Of a stretch of DNA of 64,000 nucleotides, positions 1 through 8,029 are shown in pieces. Location: positions 11,229-75,228 of the forward strand of contig CAMYIN010000097.1 of assembly GCA_947258495.1 (NCBI GenBank), given 5' to 3'. This stretch comes from an uncultured Gammaproteobacteria bacterium (GTDB lineage: Bacteria; Pseudomonadota; Gammaproteobacteria; Arenicellales; JAANXG01). Both the position numbers and the translations under genes were made by a program. The notes under the pieces are model-generated. The model saw nothing but the letters and a program-made list of their open reading frames with translations. It made no database searches and was not told the origin of the DNA. Positions within the stretch are counted from its first letter, which is position 1. Every line of letters begins with the position of its first letter.

Positions 1-401
1 CTGAGTACGGAATCGGAATCGTTAAGATAAATAAACGGCGCAGACTTGTCGACATGCGGGCGGTGCGTGACGATCTTCGGCGGCGCACACCACGCCGGGG
101 CGGAAGCTACCGCGGAGTTCGGTTTATCGACCCGGACTTCGTTCACTGCGCTTGACTGTATCCGCACCCGTGGCGATGATCAGGGAATAGCCCCGGACTC
201 ACCGCCCGAACGCTGCTAACGACCCGGCGCGCACGCGTGCAACAACCAGTCTGCAATGAGAACTAACACGGCTGCGCGATGCGGCGCTTCGGCTCTCAGA
301 GACCCGCCTACCCGCGCCGTCCTGCGAGCTCATCGATGCGATAGGCGGCGCGGGTTGCGACCGGAGCGCATACCGGGAGTTGTTGTCCGATTGGACCGTC
401 G

Positions 402-1307
402 ATGAAATCCCTACCGCCGCACGTCTGGCTGACCTTGTGCGTGTTCTTCTGGTCCGGCAATGCCGTGGTCGGCAAGGCGGCCACCGATCACATGCCCGCC
501 TTCAGCCTCTCGTTCTGGCGCTGGGTGGTGGCGCTCGTCATCATCATCCCCTTCGGTTATCCGCAAGTAGTCCGTCAGTGGGAGTTCTACCGCGGGAACT
601 GGCGATTCTTATTCGTCATCGCCTTTCTCAGCGTAGCCCTTTACAACACTTTCCAGTATTGGGCGCTCAACTGGACCTCTGCGATCAACGTCGGCGTCAT
701 CAGCGCGAGCCTGCCGATCATGATCTTGTTGATGACGACCGTAATCGGTGCGGAGAAACCCAACCGGTTTCAGTACGTCGGGGCGGTCATCGCCACAGCC
801 GGCGTGCTCTACGTGATCAGTCGGTCCGATTTGCGGGTGCTGGCGAATCTCAGTGTCAACTTCGGCGACGGTCTGATTCTTCTGGCGGTGATCGGCTGGG
901 CGATATACTCGGTGCTGCTCAAACGCGTGCCCCCGCACATTGAGCACGTCGGACTGTTAACGGTCCTGATCGTCTTCGGTCTGATAGGCATAGTTCCGTT
1001 TTACCTGTGGGATCTCCTCCAGGGCCACGTATTTGCGCTGAACGTTACGACGGCCTCCGTGATCCTCTACGTCGGCCTGTTTCCCTCGGTACTAGCTTAC
1101 GTATTCTGGAACCACGCGGTGAGCGTGGGCGGAGCGAACCTTGCGGGTATATTCGTGAACCTGATCCCGGTGTTCGTTACCCTGCTGGCCATCGTCTTCC
1201 TGGGCGAACGCCTCGCGGGTTTTCATATCCTGGGCATAGCCCTGATATTCCTCGGGATCTATATTGCCACTCGGCTGGCCGATCGTCGTCGCTGCGCGCG
1301 GCGATAA
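402..1307 (+). CDS. DMT/EamA family transporter
   Basis: 301 aa, ~10 hydrophobic helices in two EamA-like halves (FWSGN...; GDxLILLAVIGWAIYS; NLIPVF...FLGE). Confidence 0.9.
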   Translation: MKSLPPHVWLTLCVFFWSGNAVVGKAATDHMPAFSLSFWRWVVALVIIIPFGYPQVVRQWEFYRGNWRFLFVIAFLSVALYNTFQYWALNWTSAINVGVISASLPIMILLMTTVIGAEKPNRFQYVGAVIATAGVLYVISRSDLRVLANLSVNFGDGLILLAVIGWAIYSVLLKRVPPHIEHVGLLTVLIVFGLIGIVPFYLWDLLQGHVFALNVTTASVILYVGLFPSVLAYVFWNHAVSVGGANLAGIFVNLIPVFVTLLAIVFLGERLAGFHILGIALIFLGIYIATRLADRRRCARR

Positions 1308-1313
1308 CGCCCG

Positions 1314-1667
1314 TCAGCTCATGTAGGTCTTCGCTTCTTCGCCGGGGTTGGGGAGACCGGCGATGCACCATGCGGCGATGCAGCCGCCGAACAGGTTTTT
1401 TACCGCATCGCGCGTCATGTTCTGAGAGCGACACACGCGGCGCATCAATGGTACCGCGCCGAACGTCTGGTAGTAGTCGCGAATAAAGTGGATGACCGAC
1501 CAGTGTGCCGGTTCCAATGCGAAAATGCCGTAGCTGGATGCAATGGCGCGCGCGGTGTCTTCGGTCCAGCTCCGGGGGTCGACCAGGAAACCGTCTTCAT
1601 CGAGCAACGGCGGTATTTCGCTGGTGCGCGCCTGCGGTCGGGCGAGCGCGTTGGTGGTATCGATCAC
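1314..1667 (-). CDS. DsrC/TusE-family protein lacking the C-terminal cysteine (RspA-like)
   Basis: LDEDGFLVDPRSW, HWSVIHFIRDYY, LF, IAGLP motifs of the DsrC fold; ends GLPNPGEEAKTYMS; GAGGA RBS. Confidence 0.88.
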   Translation of the reverse strand: MIDTTNALARPQARTSEIPPLLDEDGFLVDPRSWTEDTARAIASSYGIFALEPAHWSVIHFIRDYYQTFGAVPLMRRVCRSQNMTRDAVKNLFGGCIAAWCIAGLPNPGEEAKTYMS

Positions 1668-1944
1668 GGCGTATCCTCTTTCAAGATATTTCGTTCTGTA
1701 AGCAAGACGATACGCCGATTCATTTAGAAACGAAAAGAATATTTATTAATATTGATAGTTCTTTTGGTTATAAGAAAACCCGCCGCGCTTGACGCCGGCG
1801 CGGGCCGCGACGGCCTCCGGCGCCACCCGCTCCGCGCCCGCGGGATGGACGATTTCAATGGGCTCGGCGACTGTGATACCGCCGCCCGCCGGTCTCGACA
1901 CCAGGAAGGGCGGCCGCCGGCCGGCGGCGCCCCGGCACGCCGAT

Positions 1945-2112
1945 TTATTTTTGCGCCAGGTCCTTCAGATGCAAACCGAATTTTTCGCCTTTTCTGCGCC
2001 CCTTGCCGGATCGGCGCGGGACCTTGCCGTCCGCCCGGTGTACGTCGCGGCGATCGGACGCGTCCCGGCGTTGGCGTTTGCGGCGGTTCGGGCCGGAATG
2101 GGTAGACGCCAT
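1945..2112 (-). CDS. small Arg-rich hypothetical protein (GPxRR / DRR repeats)
   Basis: 55 aa MASTHSGPNRRKRQRRDASDRRDVHR...PRRSGKGRRKGE; GGAGG RBS ~10 nt upstream; alternative start at 2160 with GGGGGTG RBS. Confidence 0.55.
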   Translation of the reverse strand: MASTHSGPNRRKRQRRDASDRRDVHRADGKVPRRSGKGRRKGEKFGLHLKDLAQK

Positions 2113-2295
2113 GGATACAGGCCCTCCAGCGTGCCCAACTGCTCGAAAAGTCGTTGACATAATATTCACCCCCACAGTGATTCTTTAAAAAATAACCAAG
2201 ATCCGGGTCGATTGCAACGCCTTTCGGGCCTAACGCCGCCGGTTTCTCCCTCTTTATCTTGACCAGACCGCGCTCGGCTGCCGAGCGCGCCGGAT

Positions 2296-2850
2296 TCAAC
2301 TACTCTTCGGCGTCTCCGCCTCCTCGCAGCCGCCCTCGCTATTGATCTCTACCCGCGGGCGATCCCAGATTCCGCGGCGCCGCAGCTCCACCAGTGACGA
2401 CTCCACGAACGCCTCCAGCGAGCTGATGTCGCCGGATTTCTCCGTCACCAGCTTGCCGTCCACGAACAATTCGGCGCGCACCAGCTGGTCGCCGCAATAG
2501 TTCCCGGTGACCTGGACGAAGCGGCCGCTGGCACGATCGCCGCAACCCTCGAATCCCTGCCTGTCGACCTTGATGTAGGCGATGCCGTAGCGGCGCAGCA
2601 TACGGTTCACATGAGGCAGGGCCCCCTCGAAACCGTAGCGAACGATTGCGGACTCCACCGCCGCCGCGGCGGCGGATCTGTCCTCCGGCGGAAGATCGGG
2701 ACTCTCCAGGAACACGCTTCCGGTCATGTACTGGCAGTTCTGGTAGACGGCCACCAGGGTCGCGCTGGACGCTTGGGCGGCGGAGCCCGACCAGCCAGCG
2801 ACTACCCACAGCGCCAGGGTTATCCGAAGCAAGCATTGATGTGTGCGCAT
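2296..2850 (-). CDS. secreted hypothetical protein with internal duplication and 4 Cys
   Basis: GGGAGG RBS before ATG 2850; signal peptide ending AQA; two similar halves. Confidence 0.7.
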   Translation of the reverse strand: MRTHQCLLRITLALWVVAGWSGSAAQASSATLVAVYQNCQYMTGSVFLESPDLPPEDRSAAAAAVESAIVRYGFEGALPHVNRMLRRYGIAYIKVDRQGFEGCGDRASGRFVQVTGNYCGDQLVRAELFVDGKLVTEKSGDISSLEAFVESSLVELRRRGIWDRPRVEINSEGGCEEAETPKSS

Positions 2851-3203
2851 ATGCCCTCCCCTATCGTCGAGTTGCCTGGCGATCACAGCCCTACGGGGTA
2901 CGGCTCCGGCGCTGCTCGCAGCGTGTTTCGCGCCCGAAATCGGCACTACGGGCGGCGGCCCGGCAAAGCCCGCCCCGGTTTTGGATTATCGGATCGTCAG
3001 TGTGCAGTAATAGGGTTATGGTACCCGGCTTTACTTCCTTGAAGCCAGGATAAAAGGCCCATTTACAACCATGGTTCTAGAGAAATGACCGCATGTCGGC
3101 GCGCCGTAGCGTTCCCCACCGTTGGGATTCGCGGGCGGGTGCCGCGATCGCGCCGGCCGGTCCCGGCGCCGCCGCGGGGTGGGGACCTTTGGGGCCGTGA
3201 TCC

Positions 3204-3920
3204 GTGACCGCGGCAGGGCGGCGTCGCAACCGCCTACTGTCGTGGTTGGCGAAACTCGGCTGGGGCGTGGTGCTGGTGTCCGTGTCCGCGGTGCTGGTGC
3301 TTCGGTGGTACCCCCCGCCGACATCGGCCTTCATGCTCCGCGCGCAGTGGTCTTCGGCCGATGAATCGCCGCACGATCGATATCGCTGGACCGATTGGGA
3401 GCACATATCGCCCCACGTCATGCTCGCGGTTATCGCTGCCGAGGATCAGAAATTCCTGAAACATTGGGGCATCGACTTTGAGCAGATGAGGATCGCGTTG
3501 CAGGAAAACCGGCGCCGGCGGCTACCGCGCGGGGCGAGCACGATCACACAGCAGGTGGCGAAGAACCTGTTTCTCTGGCCCGGCCGCAGCTATCTGCGCA
3601 AGGGGATGGAGGCCTATTTCGCCCTGCTCATCGAGCTGCTGTGGTCGAAACGGCGCATTCTCGAGGTCTACGTCAATATTGCCGAGTTCGCGCCGGGGAC
3701 CTTCGGCGCGGCGGCGGCGAGCAGAACGTTTTTCGCCAAGCCGCCGGGGCAGATCCACGCCGACGAAGCCGCGTTGCTGGCGGCGGTCCTGCCCAACCCA
3801 CGCAGGCTGGAGCTCGGGCGCCCCTCCGCCTACGTGCGGCAGCGGGCAGGTTGGATACGCGGGCAAATGGAACGCCTCGGCGGGGTTGGGCTGCTGGACG
3901 ACCCCCGATTTGGCGCTTGA
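3204..3920 (+). CDS. mtgA: monofunctional biosynthetic peptidoglycan transglycosylase
   Basis: GT51 motifs AAEDQKF..HWGID, GASTITQQVAKNLF, RKxxE, KRRILEVYVN. Confidence 0.95.
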   Translation: MTAAGRRRNRLLSWLAKLGWGVVLVSVSAVLVLRWYPPPTSAFMLRAQWSSADESPHDRYRWTDWEHISPHVMLAVIAAEDQKFLKHWGIDFEQMRIALQENRRRRLPRGASTITQQVAKNLFLWPGRSYLRKGMEAYFALLIELLWSKRRILEVYVNIAEFAPGTFGAAAASRTFFAKPPGQIHADEAALLAAVLPNPRRLELGRPSAYVRQRAGWIRGQMERLGGVGLLDDPRFGA

Positions 3921-3958
3921 ATCGCGGCGGCCGCGTTGCCGGCCGCCGCGACCGGGCG

Positions 3959-4459
3959 TCAGGCCGCTTCGTCGGGGATGAATCGCAGCGCGACGCCGTT
4001 GTTGCACCAGCGCTTTCCGGTCGGCGGTGGCCCGTCGTTGAACACGTGTCCCTGATGGCCGCCGCAACGCGTGCAGTGATATTCCGTCCGCGGATAGATG
4101 AGCTTGAAGTCGGTCTCGGTCTCCAGCTTGCCCGCAATCGGCGCGTAAAAACTGGGCCAGCCGGTTCCGCTGTCGTATTTGGTTTCGGAACGGAACAATT
4201 CGAGGTCGCAGCCGGCACAGACGTACACCCCTTTGCGGTATTCCTTGTTCAGAGGGCTGCTAAAGGGTCGTTCCGTACCTTCCCGGCGCAGCACGTCGTA
4301 CGCGCTCGGCGACAGGATTTTCCGCCACTCGGCGTCGGATCGGGAGATCTTCTCGATCCCCGGGGTCTGTGAGGATTCGGCGCCGGCGCGGAGGAGGCGC
4401 GGCAGGAGCACCGCCGTTCCCAGACCCATTGCGCCGAGCACAAATGCGCGTCTTTTCAT
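3959..4459 (-). CDS. msrB: peptide-methionine (R)-S-oxide reductase with twin-arginine signal
   Basis: GTERPF, CAGC, SGTGWPSF, CTRC, HQGHVF, RWCNNG; N-terminus MKRRAFV. Confidence 0.95.
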   Translation of the reverse strand: MKRRAFVLGAMGLGTAVLLPRLLRAGAESSQTPGIEKISRSDAEWRKILSPSAYDVLRREGTERPFSSPLNKEYRKGVYVCAGCDLELFRSETKYDSGTGWPSFYAPIAGKLETETDFKLIYPRTEYHCTRCGGHQGHVFNDGPPPTGKRWCNNGVALRFIPDEAA

Positions 4460-4511
4460 TTCCACTCTCCTGAATCGATTGACCCGTTAGACGTGAGTAC
4501 GGCGCCGCGGT

Positions 4512-5492
4512 TCAATCTGTGACATTCCCGTAATGCAGCGCGCCAATCAGGCCGGGGTCCCTTTCGGTTATGGCGTCGCGGATGGCGGCGAGCGGCGCGC
4601 CGTCGTCGAAGCGAACAGCGTCCCGGGTCACCACCACCCCGAGTTGATTCCAGAGGCGGGCGAGATCCACCGATTCGGCGGCGGCGCCCATGCGTTCGTA
4701 GAGGCGCGTCAGCGACGACGTCCCGGTTGCCTCATCCGCCATCGCAAGCAAAGGCGACAGCGAGTCCAATCGGTCGGTCATGTCCAGGCCCGCGGCAACG
4801 ATTCCGCGCAGGGCGTGGCGCAGCGTCTTTCTGTTGGCGGTGGTCTTGCGCGTATCGATATCGGCGAGCAGGCAGAACAAGGCGCCGCCCCAATAGGTGC
4901 GGCCCCAGGTGGGTGTGAAATCCAGACCGCGGTCGCCGTCCTCAGGCAGGCCGTGGGGCATGCCCTGCACGAATCCGCGCCACACCTGCTCGGGTGACAG
5001 GTCGCCCGCGTTGGCGCGGGCGACGGACTCGACGTATACAGCCAATCCCTCCTCCAGCCAGTGATGTCTGCGCGGCAGCGAGGGCAGGGCCAGGTGGATC
5101 ATTTCGTGGACCAGCACCCAGTCCCGCTCCAGGTCGGCCGCTCCGGTCTCAGTCCCCAGAGTGATGTTGATCGTGGGTCCGTAGACCAAGGCTCCGCCGT
5201 GCTTCACCCCTCTCCCGGAAGCGGCGCGCATGGCGATATACGCTTGCTCGGTGGGGAAGCGGCCGTAATAACCGCCCACCACTTCGGCGGAACGCCGTAC
5301 CCAATCGAGGAGCGTGTCTTCGGACAGGCGGAAACCGGCATCGTCGACGACCACGTGCAGTCGGCTTTGTGCCACCTCGATGGTGACGGCCTGGCGGGCG
5401 TTCGCCGCGTGGGACGACGCGGCCGGGACCCAAACGAGGGCGATAAGGAACAGACGAATAGCGTCGCCGGGGCTGTTTCTGCAGTGCGTCAC
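4512..5492 (-). CDS. secreted gluzincin-like metallopeptidase (HExxH...EG)
   Basis: HEMIH followed by WLEEGLAVY and YWGGAL; signal peptide ending SHA; start estimated at GTG 5492. Confidence 0.7.
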   Translation of the reverse strand: MTHCRNSPGDAIRLFLIALVWVPAASSHAANARQAVTIEVAQSRLHVVVDDAGFRLSEDTLLDWVRRSAEVVGGYYGRFPTEQAYIAMRAASGRGVKHGGALVYGPTINITLGTETGAADLERDWVLVHEMIHLALPSLPRRHHWLEEGLAVYVESVARANAGDLSPEQVWRGFVQGMPHGLPEDGDRGLDFTPTWGRTYWGGALFCLLADIDTRKTTANRKTLRHALRGIVAAGLDMTDRLDSLSPLLAMADEATGTSSLTRLYERMGAAAESVDLARLWNQLGVVVTRDAVRFDDGAPLAAIRDAITERDPGLIGALHYGNVTD

Positions 5493-5523
5493 TGTTGTTG
5501 CGACAAAGGATTGACGCCCGAGT

Positions 5524-7152
5524 TCAAATGCCCGCCGCGGAGCGGGATGCCGCGTCGCCCCTCGCCGCCAGTCTCTCGACCAGCTGCAGAAACTCCTGGA
5601 AATCGTCGACCACGATGTCGGACCTGTGCGGGTAGCGCACCGTGCCGGGAAAGATCTTGGCCAGCCACGCTTTGTCCCATTTGGCGCCGTTGTAAAACAC
5701 GCTGGTGATTCCCGCGTTCTTCGCCGCCACGGTGTCGGTCGTGCTGTCCCCCACATACCAGCACGCGGCCCCTGCTTCGACTCCGAGGTTGTTGAGCGCC
5801 CTGAAGATGGGGTCGGGTTCCGGCTTTCTCCGCTCGGTATCGTCCCCCGCGACGATGGTGTCAAAAAGGTCGACCCAGGTTCCGTGTTCCACTACCCGCA
5901 GTTCGCTCTCCAGAAACTCTCGATCCCGGTTGCTGAGGACGCCCGTCCTGATTCCGAGTTCCCTGAAGCGACGAAGCATGGCGGGAATGCCGCGCTCAAG
6001 CGGTTCCACCGCGCCGAAATAACGGCGATAGCACCGGTTGAAGGCTTCGTGGGCGATCTGTTTCGCCTCGAGGTCGTCGCCGAACAGGATCTCGAATATG
6101 TCGGTTCGGGAGATCTTTCGTGCGGCTTTGATCTTCGGGTGCAGTTTGTAGTTGTCGCGGACGTATTCGACCAGTTTTCGGTCGTCCTCGTTTTTGCTTT
6201 GCTCGGGATCAATAAGGCGTTCAACGAGACCGAGCGATTCGAGTCCCACCAACATGTCGTCAACGGCGTGGTACATGGCGTCGAGGGTGTCGACAAGGGT
6301 GGCGTGCCAATCGAACAGCACCACCGACGGTGCGACCAATTTGGCAATTTCGCGCTCTCTCTGCTTGTTCCAGCACTGCTGCACCAGGGTCAGGAGCTGC
6401 TGGAAGTCGTCCACCACGTAGTCTGGAAAATGTGGATGGTGCAGCGTATCGGGAAATATTCTGGCGATCCAATCCAGCTCCCATTTCGCCCCGTTGTAAA
6501 AAATACTCGTGATTCCGGCGGACTTTGCCGACACGGTGTCCGTGGTGCTGTCGCCGACATACCAGATCTCCGCATGAGGGCGCAGGTCGGCGAGCTCCAG
6601 CGCTTTGTACACCGGTTCCGGCGACGGTTTCAGCTGCGCGGTATCGTCCCCGGCGACGATAACGTCGAACAGGTCCTTCCACCCACCCGGCTCGATTTCT
6701 TCCAGCTCCTGGAGCAGAAACTCGCGCGCTCGATTGGTCAGAACGCCGACTTTGATTCCCAACGCCTTCATTTGCTCGATAATCCGGCGGATTCCGGACT
6801 CAAAGGGCGTCACGTCGCTGTAGTGATTCCGGTAATGACGATTGAAGGCTTCGTGGGCGATCCGTTTGGCCTCTTCGTCTCGACCGAACAACACCTCGAG
6901 AAGGTCCGTGCGCGAAACCTTCTTTTCCGCCTTGAGCTTCGGGTGTAGCGCACGATGCTCACGGATGTAGGCGACCAGTCGGCGATCGTCCTCCGTTCTG
7001 CTTTGGTCCGGGGGAGTAAGCCGGTCGGTGAGGTCGAGGCGGTCGAGTTGTCGCAGCGTGTCTTCCATGGCGGCGTACATGGCCTCCATGGTGTCCGCGA
7101 GCGTGGCGTGCCAGTCGAACAGGACCAGAACCGGACGTGTTAAGCCGTACAT
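5524..7152 (-). CDS. tandem-duplicated HAD-family hydrolase
   Basis: two copies of LFDWHATL, (T/S)NR, KPxP, YVGDSTTD; start ATG 7152. Confidence 0.88.
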   Translation of the reverse strand: MYGLTRPVLVLFDWHATLADTMEAMYAAMEDTLRQLDRLDLTDRLTPPDQSRTEDDRRLVAYIREHRALHPKLKAEKKVSRTDLLEVLFGRDEEAKRIAHEAFNRHYRNHYSDVTPFESGIRRIIEQMKALGIKVGVLTNRAREFLLQELEEIEPGGWKDLFDVIVAGDDTAQLKPSPEPVYKALELADLRPHAEIWYVGDSTTDTVSAKSAGITSIFYNGAKWELDWIARIFPDTLHHPHFPDYVVDDFQQLLTLVQQCWNKQREREIAKLVAPSVVLFDWHATLVDTLDAMYHAVDDMLVGLESLGLVERLIDPEQSKNEDDRKLVEYVRDNYKLHPKIKAARKISRTDIFEILFGDDLEAKQIAHEAFNRCYRRYFGAVEPLERGIPAMLRRFRELGIRTGVLSNRDREFLESELRVVEHGTWVDLFDTIVAGDDTERRKPEPDPIFRALNNLGVEAGAACWYVGDSTTDTVAAKNAGITSVFYNGAKWDKAWLAKIFPGTVRYPHRSDIVVDDFQEFLQLVERLAARGDAASRSAAGI

Positions 7153-7546
7153 GACCTCGGCACCAGGTCGATGGCACGATGCGAAACGTGGGTCCTCGCG
7201 CACACCGTGCGGTTGCCTGCCGTACGCAGAGTCTCAATACCCATGGATCTACCTCGGTAGCGGTTGACGGCGACGGCCGGGCACGCGGTGCCGGCCTCGA
7301 CCGGCCCGATGCGGTAGTCGGAGTGGTCGTCGGAATTTTCGCAAGAAGATACACAAAATCGGTGATGGTGAACAATCCGTGTTCCGCAGCGCGAAATCGC
7401 TTGCGTAGGCGCACTGTCTGGCCGACAATTTCAGGAGTCGGAATGTGCAGCCGACGCAGGCAGTGGTCATGAGAGAGCACGAGCAGTCCGCATCGGCCTC
7501 GACCACAGGAACGTTCCAGGGTCCTCCTTGCACCGAGGGTCGCGTT

Positions 7547-8029
7547 ATGAGAACGAAGATCGCGCAGTGGGCACGGCGCCTGAGTCAGGATCGCCGCCAG
7601 TATTTCGACGAAGACATCGATCCCGAGCTGTGGGACCTGCTGCAATCTTCGTCGCTGCTCGAAGTCAAGGAATTCGATATCTTCGAGCTCGCCTACAAGG
7701 ACTGGTTCGGGCACGCGCCCAAGCCGCACGTGAGCGAGGCCCATTTTTCCCGTTATATGTTCAACAAGAAGATCCCGGTCTGGGTGCGCCGCTATTCGCG
7801 TAAGGTCGTGGAGTTGCATGAGCGGGGAGAGCTGAATCCCAGACAGCTCGGAGTCTACACTCGCCTGCCGAGCAAACGGTTGAAGCGCCTGGGCACGGTC
7901 TACACCATAGTATTGCTGGCCACCATGCTGTACCTGACCGTTGTCGCCTATCGGGATTACGATTACGTGCAAACGGAGGTGCCGGTACAGAAGGCGCACG
8001 CGGGCCGGCAGAACATGACGACGCCTTAA
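7547..8029 (+). CDS. hypothetical protein with C-terminal transmembrane helix
   Basis: GAGGG RBS, GC3-rich codons, aromatic-rich soluble domain then one TM segment. Confidence 0.7.
   Translation: MRTKIAQWARRLSQDRRQYFDEDIDPELWDLLQSSSLLEVKEFDIFELAYKDWFGHAPKPHVSEAHFSRYMFNKKIPVWVRRYSRKVVELHERGELNPRQLGVYTRLPSKRLKRLGTVYTIVLLATMLYLTVVAYRDYDYVQTEVPVQKAHAGRQNMTTP

Noticed and set aside
171-228. Fluoride-riboswitch-like words (GGCGATGA...ACCGC...GCTAACGAC)
   Set aside because: P1 and pseudoknot pairings cannot be formed, and the downstream gene is not a typical fluoride-resistance gene
310-355. Inverted repeat ACCCGCGCCG...CGGCGCGGGT upstream of the EamA gene
   Set aside because: Single GC-rich hairpin with no U-tract and no second copy seen; could be chance
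2212-2235. c-di-GMP-I (GEMM)-like GCAACGCC...GGCCTAA
   Set aside because: No proper P1 or 3' strand of P2; not callable as a riboswitch
3010-3062. ykkC/guanidine-I-like TAGGGTT...GGATAAAAGGCCC
   Set aside because: Far too short and the conserved central core is missing
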